From: Takakia lepidozioides
Taxonomy: Eukaryota; Plantae; Bryophyta
Direction of reading: 5' to 3'
Assembly: GCA_030704615.1 (NCBI GenBank)
Contig: JAKLZA010000295.1
Span: 1 to 64,000 of the forward strand
Length of the DNA: 64,000 nt
Positions within the stretch are counted from its first letter, which is position 1; every line of letters begins with the position of its first letter. Position numbers and translations under genes: made by a program. The notes below the pieces were generated by a model. It saw only the letters and a list, made by a program, of their open reading frames with translations. It had not been told where the DNA came from and searched no databases. Positions 47,701 to 60,088 of this stretch are shown here, one piece after another.

Positions 47701-50700
47701 CTCCCCCATGTCACAGACTGGAAACAAGTTCAGGGAAGTTTTCTGCCTAACTTCATTTTCATCAGACAATTTCCTGGCAACAGACATGGCTTTGGAGACT
47801 ACAGCCTCTAAGTCAGATTTATCCAGCAGGGTCAAGACTCGCGGATTGAGATTCAGATCCTTGAGCATCTCTTCTACTCTCTTCCGCCAGGACTTAGCCT
47901 GTTTGACAGGGCGCTCCTGTTTCCAAGATATAGAGTCGATTAACTTAGGATATCTGATGTTGGACATATGTTGCAGCTGACCCTACCATCTGACCTTGAA
48001 TTCATCTCGTCGGGAGCTTAAAGAAATGCCAAACTCACCCCGAACAGCCACATTGGCATGCTCACATGCACTCCTTAAGCACCCCCACTTGAATGGATTC
48101 TAGAGACTTAGCCTGGTTGAGTTATCAACCCATATTGCAGATGTGTACTCCAAGGCAGGTCTAAAACGCGACAAGCATGGTTTTCTTGACCTCAGAGTTG
48201 ATCCCTCTGCAGTAGAAAAATTTAGTGAGACCCAGCGCTTTGCGCTTGCCAGTTTGAACAACCAATTACACTCGGAGGAAAACTCAACACCGAGGTATGT
48301 GTAGGAAGGGAGGACTGGAATCTCGTCTTTCCACTGCCCTTGAGATCACCTCCTCCCTCTCCTCGGTTGTTGAATCCACATTTACTGACATTAGCCTCTA
48401 GCCCCCAAGGGTCAAAGTATCTCTTCGCGCAATCAATCAACTCCTGGAGATTGGAAGGAGTCTCCCCTATGCCTGCAGTCATCCGCAAACATAAGGGCTG
48501 GTATGGCGGCATCACCCACCCTTAACCCAAATCCCTCACTTTCCACATCCTCGAGGAATTGATTGATGAAAACATTGAAGAGCAGAGGGGAGAGGGTACA
48601 TATTGAGCTACACCTTGGTCTATGTCAAAGAAGTTAGACTTATGTCCATTAACAGTGACACAGCTTTTGGTGTGAGCATACAAGTTATGGACAACTCTCC
48701 ATCTTTAGCATGATCCACATCATGACCAGTGTCGGAGCCATAGACCGTCTCTCCACACTGTGTCATAAGCCTTTTTGACATCCAAGAAAAAACAAAAGTG
48801 GGTTTCCCTTCTTTTTTCCTTCCCTGGATAATCTGGCTTAGAGTGAAGATATGATCCACACAGCCCCTGCTTCGCCGAAAGCCAGCTTGGCCTTCGTGGA
48901 ACACCTCTAGATTCCAGATCAACCTTGAGACAGGTACTTGTAACTCCAGATTAGAGAGAGAGAGAGAGAGATTGTACTCATAAGACGTTGTTTGCCGTAG
49001 CCTTGTGGCCATTGACCCCGCGCCCAGTTTGACCGGGAACAAAAGGGACAGAACCTACCTCTGTCAGGGCTGACGTTGGTAGTAAGACTCACCTTCATAT
49101 ATAGAATTAATCCGGGTTTTCCAGATATCCTCTAGAAATCCCTTCACACAAGCATCAATCTGCTGTGTGTGATTTGCCCAAAAACTAGGCCTCAGGAGGG
49201 CCTGGGCTTTTGGCTCAGCCTTGAGACTTTCAAAGTTGGTAAACAGGGGTACAGGCACAATTCCCTTGATAGATTTGAAGAGAGCGTCTCTTTGGTGAGA
49301 GAACCCCGGACAGTGTATCAGAAAATGAATACTGTCTTCAGATTGCCCACACAACGGGCAATTGCACTCTCCCTTTCCTCTCTGCTTCTGTTTGCTGTTC
49401 AAAGGTAGGCTTCCTGCCCTGAGTTTAAATTTCAGTCTAGTGCGAGAGTGGGTAGACCCTTGAGGTCATCCAAGATGTCCTCCCCATGTCACTGACTGGA
49501 AACAAGTTCAGGGAAGTTTTCTGCGTAACTTCATTTTCATCAGACAATCTCATGGCAACAGACATGGCTTTGGACGCTACAGCCTCTAAGTCAGATTTAT
49601 CCAGCAGGGTCAAGACTTGCGGCTCCAGGTCCAGGTCCTTGAGAATTTTGACAGGGCGGTCCTGTTTCCAAGATATAGAGTCGAACTTAGGATATCTGGT
49701 GTTGGGCATATGTTGCAGCTGACCCCACCATCTGACCTTGAATACATCTCGTCGGGAGCTTAAGGACGTAATGCCAAACTCACCCCGAACAGCCACATTG
49801 GCTGTTTTGGAGCATTGCTGACATAGCACTCCTTAGCACCCCCACTTGAATGGATTCTAGAGACTTAGCCTGGTTGAAGTTATCAACCCATATTGCAGAT
49901 CCGTACTCCAAGGCAGGTCTAATAACGCGACAAAGCATGGTTTTCTTAACCTCAGAGTTGACCCCTGCAGTGGAAAAATTTAGTGAGCCCCAGAGCTTTG
50001 CCCTTGCCAGGTTGAACAACTTTCCGGATATGTGCATCCCAATTACAATTGGAGGAAAACTCAACGCCCAGGTAAGTGTAGGAAGGGAGGACCGGGATCT
50101 CTTGGCTACCCCACTGCCACTTAAGATCACTTCCTCCTCTCTCCTCTGTCGTTGAATGCTACCACTGCTACCACAGAGAGAGAGAGATTGTACTCATAAG
50201 ATGTGTTTGCCGTAGCCTTGTGGCCATTGACCCCGCGCCAGTTTGAGCAGGAACAAAAGGGACAGAACCTACCTCTGTCAGGACAGAGAGAGAGAGAGAG
50301 AGAGAGAGGAAGAAAGCAATTTGTTCCTTGGGAAAATGGGTGAGGTGGAAGATTTGATTTGACCCAAGCCTGTCTTTTATTCCTTCTCTCCCTCATCCCC
50401 TAAGCCAGCTGCATGCTATGGATGTACTAGGGTGCCTTATTTTGCACATGTTTTGCTGACAATTGTTGAAGAAATGGTCTGCAGGTTCCTGGAGGTGGAT
50501 ATTGATGAGGCAATGATGAGGGTGGAAAGGCGACACATTGAAATGGGCAAGTCTCGCCACTCCTTGTAGGCTCACATTGCTGAGGATAGAACTTCCTCTA
50601 CAATCGATTTTGCATTCATGCTCAGCATAACATGGTCACTCAGTCAATCTGTTTTTTATTGGTGATTGGTTGCTGGTCAGCCGTTTCCAGCACCTTGGAT

Positions 50701-51163
50701 GGTTTTTCTCTATTACACGAATTGGTTCGCTGTTAGTGTGAAATGATGGAGAGCTTTCAAATATTTTGAGTTCACAGCTGAGAGGCGTTATGAAAAAAGC
50801 GGTCTTACATGCATAGCCACCAAATTGGGAATGGATGCAGGAAAGACACCAGAAGTTGCTAAATGGAGGGTGAGGACCTTCACTTGCCATTCTAATCGCT
50901 CAACTGTATATGAGGTCTAGTGTTGAATTGTTGTCCATGAGACTTTGTGCATGTGGGTATGTGAATGGGGAGATCTCCGAACGGCTGAAGGTAGAGTCCT
51001 TTGAGGAGCAATTCCGTGATCTCTATCCAGCTGAAACTGAACCTGCCCACTGATTTGAGCATCTGCATTGACAGGTGAATACAATGATCGCCCAAATGCT
51101 GAGCTTATTGCTCTTTCAAAATGGAATGCAGATCTTGTAATACAGTCTGTCCCTGTCTCTTGA
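35734..51163 (+). CDS. P-loop kinase of the uridine kinase/phosphoribulokinase/pantothenate kinase family (YggC/YFH7-like); exons ~35734-35816 (uncertain), 35901-35975, 36217-36417, 37116-37146, 37323-37380, 37749-37821, 38206-38291, 50485-50546, 50841-50869, 51075-51163
   Basis: Spliced translation SMEETYDALARRL..YLVGLAGPPGAGKST..PMDGFH..AHARRGAPWTFD..PSFDHGIGDPVE..LLEGNYLL..FLEVDIDEAM..RH..YNDRPNAELI; canonical splice sites and one GC donor; several 1-bp deletions. Confidence 0.9.
38380..41270 (-). mobile_element. Deleted and fragmented LINE copies (RTE/RTEX-like)
   Basis: Family 3' end ...CTTATGAGTACA(TC)n at ~38385 and ~40850; RT and 5' segments homologous to 41280-45240. Confidence 0.8.
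41280..45240 (-). mobile_element. Largest LINE copy (RTE/RTEX-like) with RT and C-terminal Cys/His motif
   Basis: KAGGLDGI, LYKKGD..PGNY.GITL, QAGF, LDVKKAYD, GVAQGCTLSPLLF, MFADD, YTYLGV; KLRVGSLPLN..CPMC..HFLIHCP; ~345-bp internal tandem duplication within 42540-43222. Confidence 0.9.
45257..50310 (-). mobile_element. Further nested 5'-truncated LINE copies (3' ends ~45265, 47210, 48970, 50185) and an unrelated LTR-like insert (~46340-47166)
   Basis: Repeated family 3' terminus adjoining GA tracts; homologous RT C-terminal ORF fragments. Confidence 0.85.
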
Positions 51164-51900
51164 AAGTCGACTTCCATTACCGATGAAAGGGGATCGGGTG
51201 TTTTGGGTTTAGGGGAAAGCTCAAGGACACTCAGCTGTGAATACTTTTAGCTTGTTCTTTTTCTTTCTTTTCTCTGACGTTGAGGGTTAATTAGCTTAGG
51301 TGTCACCTCGACATGGCTGCAGCTCTTGGCCCATGTGGCTGGAGGAAGCACAATGTTGCCTTGCTTTTATATGGGACCTCGCCAGACACTCCCCATTTGT
51401 CTTTTATTACAGGTGGAAGCCTTACGAAGAAGGTTTTTGAAGCCAGAAATGAAGAAAGATAATAATAGGGAGAACACTCTGGGTCAAAGCCCGGGTAAAT
51501 AAGAGCTCCTTACCTTTGGGTGCTGACAGTTTCCCGGGGTGGTTGAAGTGGTGCTCACACTGGCAAATTGCATTAAAACAATAAGATCCCATGGGTACAT
51601 GCACAAAACCTCCACATGTGAGTGGAGTTGACTGCAAAAGCCGATTGCAAGATTTTCCAATGACTAACAATTTGAAAGATATTATTAACGAGGATTATAA
51701 ATGTGCAATGGTGATTTGAAGTCTGTGATCAAATTTTGAACATCGCAGGTAAGATCAAAAGGGTTTTCAAATAGTCTTTCTCCCACATTTCTCAATTTAC
51801 TCAGTAAACTGAATACTCATTTACACAAGTGCTCACAAATGGAGTTTTCATTTGAGAAGATTGAATGTTTTTCCAAACCCCTAAGGAACCTTATAGCTTT

Positions 51901-52135
51901 CTTTTTTTTTTTCTTTTTTTTAAGAGGAAACCTGGGAGAGACAGCCCACAATTCAGGTCCTCGAGGAGGGGAAAAATTAACCCCTTCATTTTGGGCCAGG
52001 AGACCTACAGGACGATCAACACCCAGACATTACCGTCACGAACAATCCCACACACGGGGCAGGGCAGCGGGTTTGAACCCGAACCACCAGGGCGACACAC
52101 TGTGCACTTACCAGCTGAGCTACCAGCCAATGTGC
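51901..52135 (-). mobile_element. tRNA-derived SINE with A tail and 9-bp TSD
   Basis: Box A TAGCTCAGCTGG, box B GGTTCAAACCC, A-rich tail; TATAGCTTT at 51892-51900 and 52136-52144. Confidence 0.88.
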
Positions 52136-52639
52136 TATAGCTTTTTGGTGATATAAAAAGATTTTGCAACCTTTGCAGAATTGGAAAAAAAAAATCATTG
52201 ATCTTATCGAAATTCTTGAATGGCTCAGCCAATTGAGTTCAAATTCCATAGTATTGCTACGTGTGTTGGCGATGTTGCATGAGTGTGAAATCTTCTATTA
52301 TGTCAGCCTATGAATTCGTGTCATCCTCAAGTTCTGACATGTGTTGTTTACACTATCTATATGTAATCCCACATCATTAACGCGTGGCATTGTGGAGACA
52401 ATTATTCTCATTCATACGTCCACAACCTACTACACAATGTAATATGCAATATGACATGACAAACAATATGCACACACACCAATAAAAACATCGTATCAAT
52501 ATATAATAACTAAGAATGAACGATAAACCTGCATAGCTTTATAAAAAGACCCAAGTGGGGTGACTGTACAAATGGGTGTAACTGTCCCCAAGAGGAAACA
52601 ACCAAAGCTCGTAGAGCTAGATATATATGACACAAAGAA

Positions 52640-55600
52640 AGAAATCAAATTATTCTAGTATCACCTACAACCTGAAGAAAGTCAGACAACAGGAAAGAGG
52701 GTGGATCAGAGAGTGCGGGGAGGCGAGATGAAGCCGCCCTAGCAACCTCTAAAATAGATTGAGCTTGAGCCTTTTGCAAAGCAACATAAACTCATTGTCT
52801 AAATAACTACAAGAACAAAGGCGTATGGGCTTCCAAGGCTTTTGTTTTCCGCTGCACGACGGGCACATGTGCGAAGGAACTCGTTGAATTGATGATGCAA
52901 ACAACCAAAGATCTCGACTGCCAAAGGAAGGAATGTGTCTGTGGAATGACGTGCCCGATAGTCATGCTCCATTCCCTGCGCAGCTACTGAAGCGGCAACT
53001 CCCTGTGATGAGGCTGTGCGGGCAGGAGATCCGACCTAGTAGGATCAGCGATGACAACGTCCGCCAATGTACGCAATCTGTTCTGTGAGAGAACAATGTC
53101 AACCCATCGTCGAGTGGAATGGTGATCGTGGGTCGATGGGAGTATGTGCACAGCTTTCGAATGACATGTATCCCAGCATCACGAGCACCCGCAGTTGCTG
53201 CATCCCGGACGACGTCATGGGTCGCAGTGCGTTCTCCACCGCAGGAGCAACGAAGAGATGTACGCGCCGAGTGAATCGAGAGGATGGCGACACACTGTTG
53301 TAGTCTTAACACAGAGGGATGCGGCAGACCTAGTCGAACTCGTAAGGAGGTGGTAAATACAGCAAAAGACATCGGAAGGGTGCAATGGTTGGTCGTACTG
53401 TGATCCACACGCCTGCTCCGGCCCTGGCGCACGAGAGAAGTCTCGCCCGATGTGAATCTGAAGGAGCGTCGGAAAGCATGCTGGAAAATGAGTGTTGGTG
53501 CACGCGTTCCATGACGGTATCCTGTAAATGCTCCAGACCTTGAGTGACCAACTGTTCAAAGGGTGGCAGACATGCCCGTGCTGTGTTGGGATGAGATCCC
53601 ACGCTGAACGAAGATGTTGCTAGAAGGACAAAGAGCCATCGTCGATGTGGGCAACCACCTCCATGAGAAAAGGGAGTTGCTGACACAGAAACCGAGATGC
53701 CAAGGTTGGAGCGACTAAGGCCCAACTACCTAGGAAGGCAGCAGGGGCAGTGACGACTGTGGATAGTAAACCCACTCCTCCAGAAGAGATTGGGAGGGTA
53801 GCCTGACGACATGCCAAGGGCCCCTGCTCACTATCAAATGCACCTGGGCCTATAGACGACCAAAAATCCCCCTAACAGTCGTATCAAAAGAAGGCAGAAG
53901 CTCCACAAACTGGGGAGTGAGAGGGAAACAACGCAAAAGATAAGAAGGTCGCTGTAAAAAACATTTAGTGAGAATGCCATATGCTACCTGCATATCCCGA
54001 AGAAGCTCTATATGGCTTGTATCTTGTAGCAAAACGTCTTGGAGGAATGATGTTGTGTAGGGGTAGTACCAAAGGGAACACCTAACATTCGAATACCCTC
54101 AGATGGTGCTAGCAAGTCGACAGGGGGCACGAAATCTGAAGGCAGACCAGAGGGTGACAAAACTGTGGATTTGCGAGGTTGAACAGTGAGCCCAAGAGAG
54201 TGAAGGGTAGCAAAGTGATGGAAAGCCAAAAGGATATCAGTGGGAGGGGGCCAGTGATGTGGGTATCATCAGCAATAGAAGGAAATATACAGGATTGGAA
54301 GGCTTGCGTAGATGAGCGAAGGGCTCGGAAGTGGGCAAAAGCAAAAAGAGGTCCCCCTAATGGATCGCCTGACGAGTTCCTACTTCGGACTGGATTATAG
54401 TAAGATCTCCGGTCGGGGTGTGATGACTGTAAACAAAGGGGTGGAGGAAGCATAATAAAACAATCTCACAAAGGAATGAGTTGATGGCATGCGCCGCCGG
54501 CTGATCGCAATTCCTGAAATATTGCTGATCTGGACACCGTGTTAGGCGTTGGTCACATCCACCTGAAGGACGACCCAGTCTGGATGAAGGTCAAGAGAAC
54601 CCGAATCCTATGCACCACCGCTTCACACCTCCCGGAGTAGCGACCCCAAACTGATGTGGAGAGAAGTGAGAAGAAAGACCTCCCAAAACTGGATGCAGAT
54701 AGAGCGGCTCACCAAGCGATACAGAACCTCCCCCACTGCAATATGACAAATCCCACCTGTGTTCTGGACATGGCCAAGAGCCGTGCTGCTCCAAGCAAAC
54801 GTGCTACTGAGATAGGTATATGTCCCATCGCAATAAAAGAACAAACTTGGAACAGCTGGGAAAAGCCACTAGCAGAGTCCTGTGGATTGAGACAGTCACG
54901 GAGGTGTTCATACACCAAACCAGACGGACCGGCTGCTGCAAGATGAGGGCTACGGGTGAATGCTTGTATGTAAGTATCGCGATCCAATTAAAGGTCCTCA
55001 GCAGGTTCAAAGTCCTCCACAAAAGAAGGAATGATGTCGTCCGCAATGGGGTGGAGATTCTCCAAAGCTGTGACATATCAGCCGAAGGCGGTGCTGGTAA
55101 GAGGAGCAAGAGCTCGAGTGCACGGGAATACTCTCCTACCCGGCCTAGCATAACTCTGACAAAAAACGCATGTGGATGGATGGAGTGGCTGGTGTGGGCT
55201 ATCATGAGCTATTCACGCCGCAAAGTGCTTGTGCACGTAGATAATGTTCGTCTGAAGGGTTTCCCAGTCCCCAGAGAGAAATCTACGAAGACAGCACGCG
55301 TCTCTCAATGTCGGATTCACCACCACTGGAGGCAAAAACTAGACACCATAGAGGAAAAAGCAGAAAAAGGTACCAAGCAGCAATGTTGTAAGGGTCCCGA
55401 GCAAGGCGGTCCAAGGGTAAGCGAAAAGCATGTTGTACCTCTCTACGAAGCGCCATTGGGATGCGTGTATAGAGCCGGGGACGGGGCAAACCTAAATGAA
55501 ATGCTCCCAAAACATCAAGGGTCGCAATCCAAAGCCATGTCTGGGCAGAAGGAGCCACTAACGGGGTAGGCAAATGTTGTCCGGAGAAGACTGATGAAGT

Positions 55601-55900
55601 GTAGAACACGTGTGTCGATGACGTGCAAGCCCCCTGATACAAGCAACATCCGACCACAACCTGGACAAGGCACTCGGTCTGGTGGAGAAGATGGTGGTGC
55701 TGGTGGTGGGAGATAATGGAGCAAAAGAACGGGCGGTCTGATCAGGTGAACCTGTCCGCTGTCTAGAAGGAGGTGGCGAGCCAGGTGGAGGAAAAAAAGC
55801 TCTGTGGGAGGCCGCCATGTACCTGAAAGGCAAATTGGGGAAGGCCCTGGCCCCTTGATTTGGAGTTGTTGTGCCTCACTTGGGGTTGTCGGGTATCATT
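52640..55900 (-). mobile_element. CRE-like non-LTR retrotransposon (RT plus restriction-like endonuclease), frameshifted
   Basis: AAGPSG, IAVGE, HQFGVA, GDPLGGPLF, SIADD, ATLPISSGGVGL, RLGLPHP, LRCSCGGERTATHDVVRD, ADVVIAD, PLAVEIFG. Confidence 0.85.
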
Positions 55901-56681
55901 CCTATAGAGCTGTGACCTTGGGTAGGGTGGAAGGGTTCACCATCAACAACGCTTCCTCTCCTCCGTGGATGAGGGTTGCTGTGACCGGAGTGGGAGGGTG
56001 TAGCACTATTCTTGGCCCAATTTCTATTGCTCTTATTGTCTTAAAAGGAGGGACAGTGTCCACCACCAATATTGCCCTTGGCTGTACCATGGCTATGGCG
56101 GATGTGCCTAGTGTAGGGGGGCTGACCACCTGACGTCTAGGGTTACCTTGTGTGGTAGAGAAGGGCCCACCATTATCACGCTGAAGGCTGGTGTGTGAGG
56201 AGTGGGCGGGCCCGGCACCAGCCTGCACAGCTGCTGTGTCCCGTTTAGACCCACGATTGGGCTGTCTACCGCCTCTAGCCGCCCGTTGTCCGCCATCGGC
56301 CTCTGCCCGCCATCGGCCTCTGCCGCTGTCGCCATCGCTTTCCACCATCTTCATCTCTACTCTTGCTGTCCTTGTTTAGGTTGAAGCAGAGGTAATGAAG
56401 GCCTGTTTAGGTACATTCCTGTTGTTTCATTACCAGCCGGGTCCACAGAAAGTTCCGCATCCTGTCTAGACGACCAAAAATCCCCTAACAATCGTATCAA
56501 AAGAAGACAGAAGCTCCACAAACTGGGGAGTGGGGGGGAATAAAAAAAGAATGAACATTGAGAAGAATGCACAAATGAAACTCATTGTCGTATAAGAAAA
56601 TCATGAAAGAATGTGTAGGCCCTTTGCTTTGAGGGCAAGGGGTTGGGACCTCCTCGAGTGTTGTTGTAATAACGTAATAAC

Positions 56682-57487
56682 CAGTGTTGGGCGGTTCTTG
56701 CATTTGTGAAGGAACCTTTGGTTCCGGTTCCACAATTATTTCAAGAGACAGTTCCGGATCCGGTTCTGGATCCAACTTTTAAACATGGGGGCGGTTCCGG
56801 TTACCGGTTAGTTGCTGATAAAACCACGGTTCCCGGTTACGTTCCGGTTCTTTTTTTTTTAATTTTTTTTAATTTAATTATATTTAAATATTTTATCAGT
56901 CCGGGAGATTAAATAGCAATGTATTCACATATTTGAACTAAAATCCAACGATTTTATTAGTTTTCACTAACACAAAAAAAAAAACAAAAATACTCTAAAT
57001 AAATTGGTAGAAAAAAATGGATAACATTTTATGGGTTGAAATTACTATTCAGCTATCTGGCAAGTATTGGCATCTTCTAACATTTTCATTAATGAACTTA
57101 GCCAGGATATCATGGAGCTGGAGATTGAACCCAGATCTCATGGCGTTGAAGCTTCGAACATAGAATGTCATGGCCTTCAAGCATTGAACCCAGGATCTCA
57201 TGGAGCTTGAGAGCATTAAAGAAGTTTTGCCATGGGGCCACCAGCTAGCTCTCCAGGGTTAGGCCATGTTATGCCAAGGGCCCACCAAGGGTTCAAGAAC
57301 CTGGACCCTGTTTTTATCCCCATGCGCCCCTTCTCCAGTTCTCACACCCAGCGCGAAGGGTTCGGTTCTGTGCCAATCCCCATTGGCAGATTCCTGTTTC
57401 GGGTCAGGTTCTGCAGTAATGGGCCCGGTTCCGCTTAACCTGAACCGGCGGTTAACCTGGGTCCCGGCGGGTAACCGCCCAACACTG
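56682..57487. mobile_element. Non-autonomous hAT-type element (806 bp)
   Basis: 15-bp TIR CAGTGTTGGGCGGTT/AACCGCCCAACACTG; 8-bp TSD GTAATAAC at 56674-56681 and 57488-57495; GGTTCC subterminal repeats. Confidence 0.92.
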
Positions 57488-57495
57488 GTAATAAC

Positions 57496-58760
57496 CATCA
57501 TTTTGGTCATGACCTGGTCCTCCTCGGTTGGTTCTCGTGACGGCCGCATCTTCGGCTTAGGCCGAGTTCACGTGGGGTGGCTCGGTGTTCTTCTTCCCTC
57601 GCATGTTGAACCGACAGCCTTCCGTGGGGTGGTTGGTCATTTTGCAAGATTCTGCACTATCTCATCGGCATGGCGCACTCTGCAGCTGAGTACCCATAGT
57701 TCTTGCAGTTGTGTACTACACGTCTTTGCGCACTACGACTTTCGCTTTGGATTTCCCCTTTTTGTCTTTTTTCTCGTGTTTACGTTCCATTTCGGAGTCG
57801 GAGCTGGACTCGAAGGACAAGGATTCCATTTTCACTTGACGCTTTCCCATTCTTCTTTCTCCAGCTAGGTCTGGCTTCATATTCATAATCTTCTTATATG
57901 ATCGGATGATTTGAAAGCTTTTTCTAACGTGTCCTGGGGCATTCCGATATGTGTAATCTAAACACCCATTGAGCGCTATTCAGCTTCTGCAGTCTTTTGT
58001 AGTAATCTTCCACACTTCTTTTCCTTTTCTGCTTGATGTGGCGCACGGTCCAGTAGATAGCGCGCCCACTCGTCGAATTATCCCTTTCGTGGTGAACAAA
58101 TACACAATGTGAGCTTGTTCTGCTCGCTGGCATCCCCATTAGCCTCATACATCGCTTCTAGCAACTTGATGTGGGGTTCGGGGTCATCACCATCCTTGAA
58201 TTATGCAACCGTCATCTTGGCTGCAGCTATGTGGGCTCCTCCACTCATTGCAGCTCCTAGGCCACTCGACATTGTTGTCATCGCCTTTCTACAACTCGTT
58301 AATGCCGAACGCTCCTATGAGTCTTTACTGTTGAGTATTTCAATCAAAGAAGATTGACGACGTCTGTGTGCCCAAACGATTATATGCCTTTCGGTTCTCC
58401 CTAGAGACTTGACTTTGTTAGGATTTGCAGCCTCTGATTGGCTCTAGGGGCCCATAATCTGCCCCAAAACTCCTTAACGCTCAGGAATGGGCTCGCCGCT
58501 GGCGAATCTGCGGGTGGCGCCCGGCTCGCGAGGCAGCTTACCCGCTTGCCCATTCCCTAGTACGTAAGGATCCTACCTCGTTTGCTTCTACTAAAAGGAA
58601 AGTAACTCAGGATGCTTTCGTAGGAAGGCCACTGCCTTTGCGTTCGGTTCTTTTTTCCCTTGCACGCAAAGCTGTCGTCGTGATTCTCGTTTTCCGCTCT
58701 GAAAACTCTGATAACTACCGGGGCTTGGCTTCCCCGAGCACTCTCCGGATTATCTCGACT
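57496..58760 (-). pseudogene. Degenerate LTR-retrotransposon gag, interrupted by the hAT element and continuing at ~56540-56665
   Basis: RHIKQKRKRSVEDYYKRLQKLN capsid-like motif and CRICKMTNHPTEGC knuckle. Confidence 0.65.
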
Positions 58761-58904
58761 ACTATGAACAAGCTTACATCATCTTCTCGAGTTCTCAACT
58801 CGCACTCCCTTCGTCAGCCATCTTCTCATTTTCTTGATTGTCCTATACCCCGGTGGTATGGTCGCCACTGTTTACTACTTTTTCCTTTTGTCTACTGCAC
58901 TTGA

Positions 58905-58985
58905 GCAGGTAGCCCAGTGGTTGGGTGTTTGTGCCTTGCCTCTGCATAACCTAATGATCCTGGGTTCAATCCTTCAACGTGTGCC
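58905..58985 (+). other. Degenerate tRNA-like/SINE head
   Basis: TAGCCCAGTGG (box A) and GGTTCAATCC (box B); no clean cloverleaf. Confidence 0.4.
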
Positions 58986-60088
58986 TTCAGACATTCATTG
59001 GGCCCTCTGTGTGTTGAGCAGTAGGCTCTGTAAATTCACTGGTTTTCTTTATCGACTATTCTACACTAGTAATTACTTGCAGGCCTGCGTAGCTTCCATT
59101 CTACTCTATCTCAGTGGTCTGTCCACCTACTCTACCAATTTCTTCCCCTCTAGTGTAAAACTGACCAGGACAAGCCCTTACAGAAAATTGTACATAACCT
59201 AAATGCAAAAAGAACTAAGCACAGCCGCTATGGCATAAGGCTTACAGGGGAACAATGACCAATTCAGGGAATTTTGGGTTAGCTCCTGTGAGAGTTGATC
59301 AAAAAGATAAAATCAAACCTGTGACCCTGTAGACCCACACTGCTCATGCTCATCATTTTCTTTACCAAGCTTTTTGCTGACATTGGTCATCACCAGAAAA
59401 CATATAGATTCCCACAAAACTAATGCTGCCAATGCCAGAAAGTTAAGTTTTTCTGGCAGCAGCACCCATCTGCGGTACAACTTTTTGCGCTGTTGGATGG
59501 AATGTTGTGATGAGTCGGGCAGGGCTGTCTGCAATCTGGTCAGGCAGGTAGTGACCACTGTTAATACTAGGGAGGAAGCCCACTGCGCAGCCTGCATAAT
59601 TGACCATTTGGCTCCCCATGAATCCTGCACTGCCCACCAGGCAGTTGCACACAATATAAATCACATGTTTGGAGCTCTTGAATTCAGAAAGTTTCGAATA
59701 AATGAAAGAGGGACTAATCAATACCACAATGACAGCATGGTATTGCCATTGCAGTAGATGGACCCCACCTGGAAGGTAGTCCAATTGGCATTGGGTTAGA
59801 AAGCAATTGCATTTCAATCTTGTCATGGGATTTGCTTACTAATTTCCCTCTGAAACGGGCCATGTCCTATCAATGTGTGTCGGCAATGTACAACTCAATC
59901 TTCAACCTACTTGCGTTCAGGATTTTTTTGAAGAAAAACCACTCTGGAGGTTCATGGAGCAGATTGTAGGAAAGCACCTCACACTGCCATGTCTCTCTAT
60001 CCTCCAAGACAGCCTGCATGAAAGGATCTCCTGGTTACTACATTGCCCTCTTTAGCCATCAGGTCCAGTCAAAGCATCTCCTACAATG

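Noticed and set aside
59313-59826. Three 113-127-aa overlapping ORFs downstream of BCKDHB
   Set aside because: No motifs; likely 3' UTR or intergenic sequence.
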